From NCBI GenBank assembly GCA_002269645.1, contig NIVC01004808.1, forward strand, positions 1 through 34,645: 34,645 nucleotides of DNA. Reading direction: 5' to 3'. This DNA comes from Macrostomum lignano (taxonomy: Eukaryota). Each line of letters starts with the position of its first letter. Position 1 is the stretch's first letter. Positions 1-11,020 of this stretch are shown piece by piece. The notes under the pieces were generated by a model. That model had not been told where the DNA came from and did not search any database. It saw nothing but the letters and a program-made list of their open reading frames with translations. Both the position numbers and the translations under genes were made by a program.

Positions 1-482
1 GTACAGCGATGGTTCAGTAGACGACCTTACATGTATGACGTTACGTACGTTATCTAATGTAAATGTAATGTAATGTACGTATTTGTCAGCGACGTTGATA
101 ATACTTGTCTACAGACGTCGGACTGCGGTACCAGCATGGTACATATGTATATATGCATGCAATATATAAGATGCGAAAGTATAATTCGCATTCCCCCCAA
201 TGAAGAAAAGTTTGATTTTGGGTGGAGCCGCTATATAGCTAAAGGATCTTGCATGGGGAGACGAGATTTCTTGACGAGAGTTTATTTTGTGATCGAGCTT
301 CGGCCCGATATCGCGGTGAGGACTGCGCACGGTTTGAGAAGAGAGAAAACTGTTTCTGAAGCACTTGGGGGGAACTCATGGAGGGTCGAGAATTGGACGC
401 ACGGCAGTGAGCGTGCCGGCGAAATTGCTTTCACTTTGAAGAGTTGCCGCGCGTGCGTGCAGGCGGCCTCGAGTTTGTCACT

Positions 483-642
<160 letters not shown>

Positions 643-1378
643 TCGCACAGAGCTGGGAAAAGGGGTCCAGATCGACCTCGTCGCGCTCTCTATCCTAAGC
701 AAAGCTCTCGGCCGCGGCTTGGGAGAAAAACAGGGAGCTGGGTAAGAGAGGAGGGAGAGAGAGCCGAGAGTAAGGGGCGATTGAGGTGAGGATAGATTTT
801 CTAAGCTCAAGGCCTGCCAGCTAAAAGTACTGCTTTCCCGCAGTTGATTGGCCTGGGGGCAGTGACGATCAGGTCGGGACGGGGATGGATGCAGCGGACG
901 AGAGGAAGGCCGGAGACGTGGAGGTCTTGGCTGAGGGGCTGAGGGGGGATTTTGGACTTGGGGAGGGGATAAACGAGGGTAGACGGTGCAGGAGCGAGTC
1001 AGTTGGGCTTTGGGGGAGGGACTGCTTTGCTAACAGGGGGACAGCTGAAGGAGAGAGAAATTTAAGGGACAGGGAGGTGGACGGAGAACCCCAACTGAAC
1101 CTATAGGTTCGTGTCCGCCTCCCTCTCTCGGACATTTCCCCTCCTTTCCTCCTCCTTCTTCTTCTGCGCGCCCGGCCTCTGCCAACCTATACATAAGCCC
1201 TTTTCTTAAGTTAACCAAGCCAAGAAAAGTTTTCTTTTCCTCAATTCTTTCTCCTGGCAACTTTGTAGGCCGACCGACTGGCGAGGTAAGGCTTAGCGCC
1301 TCTGTGATCACATTCACTTGTTCGCATCTTGAATTAATATTAAAGCAGCTGTTGATTCCGTCAGCTTTTTTAGACAAG

Positions 1379-3076
1379 ATGGCCAGCGCCACTCAGGCAC
1401 CAGAAGTCATGATGAGCGTCAACGGCGGAGCCAGCAGCAGAGACGAACCGTCCATCACCCTGTCGCGATACTCTGAATACGGCCTGCTGATCTGCATTGG
1501 AATTGTCGGCATCATCGGCAACTTCGGCATTGCACTGGTCATTCTGTTCGTCCGCCGTCTGCGAAAGGCCGCGAACGCCTTCATGTTCCACCACTGCCTG
1601 CTGGACCTGCTGAAGTCGCTCTACTGCCTGATCTTTGCCAACAGCCTGCTGCACGACCAGGAGCCGATGTTCTGCAACCTTCTTGGCGGCTCCTTCATCG
1701 TGTGCGTGACCAGCACGGCCTTCAACATCCTGGCCATGGTCATGAGCGAGGCTTACGTCTTTGCCGACCTTAGCGCTGGGGTGAAGGACAGCGGCAACTA
1801 CTGCTGCATCCTGTTCAGCATCAGCACCATCTGGTTCGCCAGCATCATTCTCAACTTGGGCGTCGCCTTCCTGCCTGGCAATCCGAGCTACATCCAGAAA
1901 GTCGGTCACTGCACTTTTAGCTACGGCGAGACCCGGAACTACGTGCTCCACGTGCTGTGGATCATCCTGGTGACGTTCGCCATGAGCCTGGCCATCATGT
2001 ACTTGAAGAAGCTTCGCCAGGACATCAAATCCAACTCGACCAGCGGAGTTCTGCAATCGGATCTGCTGCGCATCATCCGCCAGTCCATCGCCGGCCCGTC
2101 CGACCTCAGCCCGTCCGGCCACCCGCAGCTGCAGCATCAGATGATGGCCGATCAGTGCGTCGACGACGTGGCAGAGAGGGCCCTGTTGAAGAAAGTGGAG
2201 CGATTCGCCATGACCAAACTGTACACCCTGCTGCTCATGACGGCTCTGTTCGTGCTGTTCTGGTATCCGCTGTTCATCCTCACCCTGGTCGATCCGAACT
2301 TCCACGGACAGCCGGTGGCCTACAAGGCCCTGACAATCTTCGCCTGCTGCAACGCCGCCGTCAACCCGTTCGTGTTCATCTGCCTGATCAGCAAGCGTGG
2401 CTGCTGTCGCACGGAGATGCCGCGCCTCCGGCTGGCCAAGGGCAACAGGGAGCTCTTTCAGGAGCCCGGCGGCATCGCTACCCTCAACCGGTACGGCCGC
2501 GGCAGCCGCTCAAAGAAGAACATCCTGCAGGCAGAGATGCAGTCGCCGCCACCACCACCTCCGCCGCCGCCGCCTGTGCACCAGCCGGTGGCGACTCTGA
2601 TGCAGAGCGGCTCGTTCGACGACTCCAGAGGCCGGGCCAGCTTCCGGCATCAGCACTCGTCCTCTTCGCTGCGACAGTCGCACCATCAGCAGCAGCAGCA
2701 CCCGCAGCACTCGCTGATCTCTGACGCAGCCGATCATCCCGGCATCTACAACGAGTACTTCGCCATGCACCCGCTGCCGCCGCCGCCTCCGCACTCGGTG
2801 CCGCCGCCGCCGCCGCCCCCGGCCGCCTACCTGCACCGCATGGAGTCCTTCGAGCGGTCGCAGTCACCGCCGCCTCCGCCGATGCCACCGCCGCCTCCGC
2901 CACCGGGATGGCGGGAGCCACGTCGTCAACTGCAACCGCAAGTCCGCGGAGACACATGCAGCAGCAGCAGCAGCAGCAGCAGAGGTCGCAGAGGAACCTG
3001 TGGACACCGCCGTCTGGTGCGCAGTCCACATTGTAGAATTGCAAGACTCAGCAGCAAGGCCCATGCAGTCATATAA
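1379..3076 (+). CDS. Class A (rhodopsin-like) GPCR, SREB/GPR27-85-173-like, with long Pro/Gln/His-rich C-tail
   Basis: ORF 1304-3076, likely start ATG at 1379 (MASATQ). Seven hydrophobic segments with TM1 GN, TM2 LxD (HCLLDLL), TM3 Cys, TM4 W, ECL2 Cys (GHCTF), TM6 FVLFWYP and TM7 NPFVF. DRY appears as EAY. TAFNIL, CTF and NPFV recall SREB receptors. The true end may be 3036 (see frameshift finding). Confidence 0.9.
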   Translation: MASATQAPEVMMSVNGGASSRDEPSITLSRYSEYGLLICIGIVGIIGNFGIALVILFVRRLRKAANAFMFHHCLLDLLKSLYCLIFANSLLHDQEPMFCNLLGGSFIVCVTSTAFNILAMVMSEAYVFADLSAGVKDSGNYCCILFSISTIWFASIILNLGVAFLPGNPSYIQKVGHCTFSYGETRNYVLHVLWIILVTFAMSLAIMYLKKLRQDIKSNSTSGVLQSDLLRIIRQSIAGPSDLSPSGHPQLQHQMMADQCVDDVAERALLKKVERFAMTKLYTLLLMTALFVLFWYPLFILTLVDPNFHGQPVAYKALTIFACCNAAVNPFVFICLISKRGCCRTEMPRLRLAKGNRELFQEPGGIATLNRYGRGSRSKKNILQAEMQSPPPPPPPPPPVHQPVATLMQSGSFDDSRGRASFRHQHSSSSLRQSHHQQQQHPQHSLISDAADHPGIYNEYFAMHPLPPPPPHSVPPPPPPPAAYLHRMESFERSQSPPPPPMPPPPPPPGWREPRRQLQPQVRGDTCSSSSSSSRGRRGTCGHRRLVRSPHCRIARLSSKAHAVI

Positions 3077-3286
3077 ATAGGATGAGCAGGCATATATTAA
3101 ACAGGACAAAGAACAACAAATAGTTTCCAATTTAGGTTCGTAGCATGCTTATTAGTGTTGCCTAAACTGTCACAACATTTATGGAAACAAGAAAGACATG
3201 AAAAAATAGTTTCTATCCCATATCCATAATATAGACAAAGTAGGTTGAGGCCCCAGCGAGTTGTTGGGCAGATATTTTATTTTAAC

Positions 3287-3292
3287 AATAAA
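3287..3292 (+). promoter_or_regulatory. Candidate polyadenylation signal of the GPCR
   Basis: AATAAA about 210 nt after the stop, with another at 3406-3411. The region is AT-rich, so a chance match is possible. Confidence 0.35.
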
Positions 3293-4738
3293 ATCGAAGT
3301 TATCAACATATTCACGCACTTTTTTTCTGCGTACATTGTTCATTAACTACTCTCGCTTACAGTCTCTGAAGCCTGTGTTTGTTGTAAGTTAGAAGCTCTT
3401 TAGTCAATAAAATGCACTTCATTTTGCACACTATATAATTATATACTTTGTTTTAATCAAAGGTCAAACAATCCGTATACTGTTTTAATTTTGAAATTTT
3501 AGCACGTTGATTTTAACAAATATTTCTCTTTCTCAGAAAGTAAGCGTAATATTTAAAAGTAACTTTGAAATTCTATTTCATATTTGAAACTAACAATAAT
3601 GAATAGTTTGCTTATATACAATAGTTTATAAACGATTTTCAATGCACCGTTTTTACAATATTTTAGTGTGGAATTTAAGCACTATGTACTTATGAAACAT
3701 GATGTGCTGTATATTCTCCAATAACGAAAAATTTATTTACTGCACATATTCGAATATTTACATCAACATTTCATACATTTTACATGTTAAACATTGTAGG
3801 TATTTCATTCACATGGCAAAATAAATTATGATTATAGCTTCAGACGAATCAAAATGAATCACGCTGACAAATATTACTCACTGTATCTTTGTTATAAGTA
3901 GCTATCGTTTCGTTTTAATTTAATTAATTTCGTGAATTTCATTTTCGTTTTAATTAAATAGCCAATAAGGTAAAAGCTACGTTTCTAGCTAGTAGTTTTT
4001 TGGTAGTCAAATCTAACTAAAATATTTTTTGTTGTGAACTGTAATAACTGTGAACCTGTTGCAAAACAGTTCAAAAGTACACCCAGTTCTTAACAGTGCA
4101 TGTACATCGCAGAAGTACATGTTGCGTAAAAAGTGACATCTTTTTTCAGCAAATAAACTTTACATTTCTCAAAGTTGCAGCACATTTTCCAAGAAACAAT
4201 TTCATCATTATTGATTTTTTGTTATAAATTTGCATTTTTTAATGGTCACAATTCGAATGAGCATTTGCTGGACTGGGTGAGTCATGTATATTTCTACTTT
4301 ACATGCATGTACCTGACGTCTACATAATTTCCTAGCAAACTTCTCTACAAACTTGCATGAAAATGTACAGTGTAAAATACTATATCTGACTCGATTTTCG
4401 GCACTGCAACTTCAACACACACTGGAGACATTGGGAAGTGAGATTGAGAGGGAGGCCTCCTACTCGTAAAGAACTGAGACCGCCTCAGGCCCGACTTGTG
4501 AAGGAAAAACTCGGCAATTAACACTTACAGAAGCTGCTCCCCTGGGGCTTTGAGGACTCGCGGATCGCGATGAGGCTGCTGGCACGCACGCGCCCCAGCC
4601 GATCTTATAGATTTCTCGCGACGGGGATGCTGGCTCGACTTCTGCGGGAAGCTCGGACTGCTGGCTGTTTTAATTAAAATTCCGCGAGCGCTGCTTCTGC
4701 CAGTGCTCCGAACTTTTTTCCACGATTGAGCAACCCTG

Positions 4739-5666
4739 ATTTCTCACCCCTAAATCTGCCCATATCTCACCCTTAAATCTGCCCATGTCTCACCCTAAAT
4801 CTGCTTATATCTCACCCCTAAATCTGTCCATATCTCAACCCCAAATCTGTCCATATCTCACCCTAAATCTGTCCATATCTCACCCCTAAATCTGTCCATA
4901 TCTCACCCCTAAATCTGTCCATATCTCACCCCTAAATATGTCCATATCTCACCCCTAAATCTGTCCATATCTCACCCCTAAATATGCCCATATCTCAGCC
5001 CTTAAATCGGTCCATATCTCACCCCTAAATATGCCCATATCTCAGCCCCTAAATCGGTCCATATCTCACCCTGAAATCTGTACATATCTCACCCCCAAAT
5101 CTGTCCATATCTCACCAAAGGTCTGCCAATATCTCACCCTAAATCTGTTCATTATCTCTCAGCTCTAAATCTGTCCATATTTCACCCCTAAATATGTTCA
5201 TATCTCACCCCCAAATCTGTCCATATCTCACCTCTAAATCTGTCCATATCTCACCCCTAAATATGTTCATATCTCACCCCCAAATCTGTCCATATCTCAC
5301 CCCTAAATATGTCCATATCTCACCCCTAAATATGTCCATATCTTACCCCCAAATCTGTCCATATCTCACCCCTAAATATGTCCATATCTTACCCCCAAAT
5401 CTGTCCATATCTCACCCCTAAATCTGTCCATATCTCACCCCTAAATATGTCCATATCTCACCCCTAAATATGTCCATATCTTACCCCCAAATCTGTCCAT
5501 ATCTCACCCCTAAATCTGTCCATATCTCACCCCTAAATATGTCCATATCTCACCCCTAAATATGTCCATATCTCACCCTAAATCTAACAATTTCTCACCC
5601 TAAATCTGCCCATATCTCACCCCTAAATATGTCCATATCTCACCCCCTAAATATGTCCATATCTCA
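4739..5666. repeat. 23-bp minisatellite, ~40 copies (TCTGTCCATATCTCACCCCTAAA)
   Basis: Direct tandem repetition, degenerate at the left edge and homogeneous in 5190-5580. Confidence 0.97.
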
Positions 5667-5894
5667 GAGCCCGTGTCTCAGATTCCGCCAGATAAAAACT
5701 TGAAGCACCGCACTGACAGTCGGTCGATATTGGTGTTACGATTCACAAGAATATTGATCTGCACAAGACAAAGCAGGCAGGCTTGTTTTGCTCAAGGTCC
5801 ATGACACCATGCACTTTGCAGGATGCAGGAAGAAACCTGATATGAAGTATATTTAATATAAATATTCGATACTGTGTATACAATACACAAAATG

Positions 5895-6840
5895 AATTGC
5901 TAATCTATCTCACGAATAAAGAACTAGAATGGATTGCTAATCTATCTCACGAATGAAGAACTAGAATGGATTACTAATCCATCTCACTAATGAAGGACTA
6001 GAATGGATTGCTAATCTATCTCACGAATTAAGAACTAGAATGGATTACTAATCCATCTCACTAATGAAGGACTAGAATAGATTGCTAATCTATCTCACTA
6101 ATGAAGAACTAGAATGGATTGCTAATCTATCTCACGAATGAAGAACTAGAATGGATTACTAATCCATCTCACTAATGAAGGACTAGAATAGATTGCTAAT
6201 CTATCTCACTAATGAAGAACTAGAATGGATTGCTAATCTATCTCACGAATGAAGAACTAGAATGGATTACTAATCCATCTCACTAATGAAGGACTAGAAT
6301 AGATTGCTAATCTATCTCACTAATGAAGAACTAGAATGGATTGCTAATCTATCTCACCAGTGAAGAACTAGAATGGATTACTAATCTATCTCAATAATGA
6401 AGGGTATTAATGGATTGCTAATCGATCTCACTAATGAAGGGTATTAATGGATAGCTAATCTATCTCACTAATGAAGGATTAGAATGGATTGCTAATCCAT
6501 CTCACTAATGAGTGGTATTAATGGATTGCTAATCTATCTCACTAATGAAGGATTAGAATGGATTGCTAATCCATCTCACTAATGAAGGGTATTAATGGAT
6601 TGCTAATCTATCTCACTAATGAAGGATTAAAATGGATTGCTAATCCATCTCACTAACGAGGGGTATTAATGGATTGCTAATCTATCTCACTAATGAAGGA
6701 TTAGAATGGATTGCTAATCGATCTCACTAATGAAAGGTATTAATGGATTGCTAATCTATCTCACTAATGAAGGATTAGAATGGATTGCTAATCCATCTCA
6801 CTAATGAGGGGTATTAATGGATTACTAATCTATGTCACCA
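5895..6840. repeat. 37-bp minisatellite, ~25 copies, with higher-order structure
   Basis: Unit CTAATCTATCTCACTAATGAAGAACTAGAATGGATTG starts at 5900, 5937, 5974 and so on. Confidence 0.97.
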
Positions 6841-7773
6841 ATTAAAGATTACAATAGACTGCTTGCGCAAAATAACTAAATCGTTGGCAAGATCATAATT
6901 CATTGAAGAAGCAATTAACGTTCTGAAGCGAGAGTAGCGCAATCTTAATAGTAATAACTATAAGAGTTATTAAATTAGTATTATAAAGTTTGCTACTGGC
7001 TGCTGCACAAGAGCAAGACCTCCCGCAGTGTCGGGGAGAAGCATCATGCAGCTATCATGCATATTTTTATTTATATAAAATATATTCGTAAATTAGCAAT
7101 AACACCGAACATTGCTACTCTTTTTTGGTATATTATCAACAATCGTACCAACCAGGGCAGTACATACCGGTACTTCAGTACAATTAATTAGTCAAAATAC
7201 TATTTTACTTCTTCAGCAATAAACACGCGCATATCCTACTTACAGCATCAGTAGTAGCAGTAGTTACATCTGACCTAGTGAACTTGAAAGATTATATAAA
7301 TATATAGCAATAATTCCAAAATTTAACTAATAATATTTTTATTAATAATTGTAGACATTGCAAAAAATTACACCAAAGCTACTACTATTACTATCATATG
7401 ATTTAAAGGCATATTTTATATAGATATAGCAATTAACAGTTTGAGTGGAAGCAGCAAAACAGGGCATGGGCAGACGCCAGGAAGGCAGGAACTGCCTATC
7501 AGAAATTATTGTTGACATTTATTTACCAACACAGAAGTTTATAATTAATAATAATATTAATAATAACAATAAGTCATTTAAAGCATTTGTCAAGCAAAGT
7601 CAGCACAACGCCCCCGCCCCAGCGCATTGGACACGCCAAGGAGATTAATAAATATAAATAAATAAACAAATTTGGGTTGCGGGCTGCGTTCAAATGCGCA
7701 GCTGCTACATGTAGGAGAGGATTTTGAATGGGCATCGAGTGCTGAGGGTAGCATTGGGAGGGGAGAGGAACAT

Positions 7774-8443
7774 GGGAGAGGGGAAGAGAGGAAGAAAGGG
7801 GAAGAGAGGAAGAGAGGGAAGAGAGGGGAAGAGGGGAAGAGAGGGGAAGAGGGGAAGAGAGGGGAAGAGACGTGAAAGGGGAAGAGAGGTGAAAGGGGAA
7901 GAGAGGGGAAGAGGGGAAGAGAGGGGAAGAGACGTGAAAGGGGAAGAGAGGGGAAGAGGGGAAGAGAGGGGAAGAGACGTGAAAGGGGAAGAGAGGGGAA
8001 GAGGGGAAGAGAGGGGAAGAGACGTGAAAGGGGAAGAGAGGGGAAGAGAGGGGAAGAGAGGAAGAAAGGGGAAGAGAGGTGAAAGGGGAAGAGAGGGGAA
8101 GAGGGGAAGAGAGGGGAAGAGACGTGAAAGGGGAAGAGAGGGGAAGAGGGGAAGAGACGTGAAAGGGGAAGAGAGGGGAAGAGAGGGGAAGAGAGGAAGA
8201 AAGGGGAAGAGAGGGGAAGAGGGGAAGAGAGGAAGAAAGGGGAAGAGAGGGGAAGAGAGGAAGAAAGGGGAAGAGAGGGGAAGAGAGGGAAGAAAGGGGA
8301 AGAAGGGGAAGAGAGGGGAAGAGAGGGGAAGAGAGGGGAAGAGAGGGAAGAAAGGGGAAGAAGGGGAAGAGAGGGGAAGAAAGAAGAAGAGAGGGGAAGG
8401 GAGGGAAGAAAGGGGAAGAGAGGGAAAGAGAGGGGAAGAGAGA
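7774..8443. repeat. Polypurine G/A-rich tandem repeat (GAGGGGAAGA-type, partial 45-bp period)
   Basis: Almost only G/A on the + strand. GACGTGAAA landmarks recur 45 bp apart (7931, 7976). Confidence 0.95.
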
Positions 8444-8780
8444 CGGATTAAAGATGATGATAGACAGACAGGCAGGCAGACAGCAAAGTAAAGAATTTTG
8501 CAGCTTTTGCACTAAAAAGGCAATTAAACTGGGAACACAGGTCATAGAATAATTAATAACAGGGGATAATCACAGAAACGCATGTTTTTCTTGTCTATCT
8601 AACGTTGCACGCAGCACAAAATCAAGTCAATCAGTTCTTACACAGTAAAAACTGACGACTCAAAATATTGACAAACGATTTAGCAGTTGCGCATAAATGA
8701 CAAGCGAAATATTTCGAGTAAATAGACAGGCCTGAGTCCTGGACTCACGAAAACAGGACTCGAATATTATATTTCGAATA

Positions 8781-8804
8781 TTATATCGAAAATTTTCGAT
8801 ATAA
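8781..8804. repeat. Perfect 24-bp palindrome TTATATCGAAAATTTTCGATATAA
   Basis: Self-complementary across all 24 nt, checked base by base. Confidence 0.9.
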
Positions 8805-9149
8805 AATCCATATAATCCTTAGGTTGAAAAGTTTACTTGTAATCTGTGAAACTAATACCCCTATAATCCAGGCCACTATGGGATTAATGTCCTTAGTTGA
8901 GACGAACATTCGAGGAAAGCCACACACAACACATTATATTTATATAAGCTTGAATAGAAGTTATTATATTAATAAAAAAAATAGATTACACGGGCATAAT
9001 AGGAGAGCAGAGCGACCTACCGTAGCTTGATAAATTGATCATAATTTGCCAGTCGGGAGTAATATAAAATAGTCATATGCATACAGTACTACTGACTGGC
9101 TGAACTTTGTTTTAACAAATTTACAGATTTCTGAGCGACAAAGAGGATC

Positions 9150-9585
9150 TGGACTTTGACCCCCGATGAACAACTGGGATAAGGGGGACTTTGACCCCCC
9201 GATGAACAACTGGGGTAAGGGGATTTTGACCCCCCGATGAAGAACTGGGGTAAGGGGGACTTTGACCCCCTGATGAAGAACTGGGTAAGGGGGATTTTGA
9301 CCCCCCATTGAAGGACTGGGTAAGGGGGATTTTGACCCCCCATTGAAGGACTGGGGCAAGGGGGACTTTGACCCCCGATGAAGAACTGGGGTAAGGGGGC
9401 TTTGACCCCCATTGAAGGACTGGGGCAAGGGGGACTTTGACCCCCCGATGAAGAACTGGGGTAAGGGGGGCTTTGATTCCCGATGAATTACTGGGGCAAG
9501 GGGGGCTTTGACCCCGGATGAAGGACTGAGGTAAGGGGGACTTTGAACCCTCGATAGACAAGGGTAAGGGGGGCTTTGACCCCTC
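9150..9585. repeat. ~35-36-bp GC-rich minisatellite, ~12 copies, each with a GGGGG-ACTTTGA-CCCCC hairpin
   Basis: Unit approximately GGGGTAAGGGGGACTTTGACCCCCGATGAAGAACT. Confidence 0.95.
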
Positions 9586-9918
9586 CTAAAGGATAAGGGC
9601 AATTAGATTTACACTACAATCAGTCAAATTACAATATAATGAGCAAGTAAAAACTGATTACAATATATTCCATATACAATTACACCATAAGAATATGTAT
9701 AAATAAGAGATAATTTCATATTTCACAATAGCAACAGGCGGCAATGAAGCAAATTAAGCAAAATAGACAAACAATAAATAAATAATATTTAGTAATAGTA
9801 GTAGTAGTAGCAATAATAAATAAATATAATAGGCTGAAATTCTACCAGTTATCGATAATGCGTGCATCATCATCATCAGTAAAGCTGACACACGGCGCCG
9901 CTCTTGGATGCCGAAAGG

Positions 9919-10204
9919 TCAGCGACATTCCCAAACCTTCACAGTTTGATCAACGCAGCCGCTGACCAAATATGGCGATTTCTTGTGAAAGTCAATTGTA
10001 GTAACAAAATGCGAGTGCGCGTCCAAGGTTTTCGTATTCCTTTTGTTCGCCAGGTCCCACACTCGAATGGTTTTGTCGTCCGAGCACGAGACCAGGTACT
10101 TGCCGCCTGGGTGGAACAGCACCGCCCGGACCCAGTTGTCGTGGCCAACCAGGGTGAACAGGCACAGCTGGGCGCTCGTGTCCCAAAACTTGATCACCCG
10201 GTCT
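9919..10204 (-). CDS. PAFAH1B1: LIS1/PAFAH1B1 exon 3 (last WD40 repeats)
   Basis: Acceptor cccgcag|A restores R-DRVIKFWD...[31 protein letters not shown]...[10 protein letters not shown]. The WECR C-terminus is characteristic of LIS1. Confidence 0.95.
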
Positions 10205-10285
10205 CTGCGGGGCGAACCGGATGTCAGAAGGTTGGAGTTCTGAGAAATTCTTCTTTGAACCTCAAATTGGCTCAAATTAAATTGG

Positions 10286-10960
10286 GAAATACCCCTGAGA
10301 CAGACTCCAGAGCACACTGAGAAATACCCCTGAGACAGACTCCAGAGCACACTGAGAAATACCCCTGAGACAGACTCCAGAGCACACTGAGAAATACCCC
10401 TGAGACAGACTCCAGAGCACACTGAGAAATACCCCTGAGACAGACTCCAGAGCACACTGAGAAATACCCCTGAAACAGACTCTGCAAAGCACACTGAGAA
10501 ATACCCCTGAGACAGACTCCAGAGCACACTGAGAAATACCTCTGAGACAGACTCTGCAAAGCAAACTGAGAAATACCCCTGAGACAGACTCCAGAGCACA
10601 CTGAGAAATACCCCTGAAACAGACTCTGCAAAGCACACTGAGAAATACCCCTGAGACAGACTCTGCAAAGCACACTGAGAAATACCCCTGAGACAGACTC
10701 CAGAGCACACTGAGAAATACCCCTGAGACAGACTCCAGAGCACACTGAGAAATACCCCTGAGACAGACTCCAGAGCACACTGAGAAATACCCATGAGACA
10801 GACTCCAGAGCACACTGAGAAATACCTCTGAGACAGACTCTGCAAAGCACACTGAGAAATACCCCTGAGACAGACTCCAGAGCACACTGAGAAATACCTC
10901 TGAGACAGACTCTGCAAAGCACACTGAGAAATACCCCTGAGACAGACTCCAGAGCACACG
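10286..10960. repeat. 35/36-bp minisatellite, ~19 copies, filling LIS1 intron 2 (10205-11020)
   Basis: Unit GAAATACCCCTGAGACAGACTCCAGAGCACACTGA at 10286, 10321, 10356 and onward, plus a TCTGCAAAGC variant. Confidence 0.97.
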
Positions 10961-11020
10961 GAGACAACCTGAACCTCAGGCAGAAATGCGGGCAATTCCA
11001 CAATGCAGCCAGTGAGTTAC

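Noticed and set aside
1-170. Cluster of short palindromes (TACGTA, ACATGT, ATGCAT)
   Set aside because: Six- to ten-mers expected in low-complexity AT/GT sequence, and cut by the window edge.
1370-3130. Several antisense and alternate-frame ORFs over the GPCR
   Set aside because: Shadow ORFs of GC-rich coding DNA with no recognisable domains. Only the short 2908-3036 frame is considered meaningful.
4420-4730. CpG-rich island in AT-rich DNA
   Set aside because: No ORF, RNA structure or paired terminus found, so it cannot be assigned.
7574-8545. 323-aa and 255-aa ORFs
   Set aside because: Low-complexity translation of the polypurine repeat.
9039-9602. Three overlapping Pro/Gly-rich ORFs, and a possible CRISPR-like array
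   Set aside because: Translations of the hairpin minisatellite. Units are contiguous with no unique spacers, there are no cas genes and the context is eukaryotic.
9919-11003. 360-aa ORF fusing Cys-rich repeats to LIS1 exon 3
   Set aside because: The 35-bp intronic unit simply lacks stops on that strand. Canonical splice sites give a normal 406-aa LIS1.
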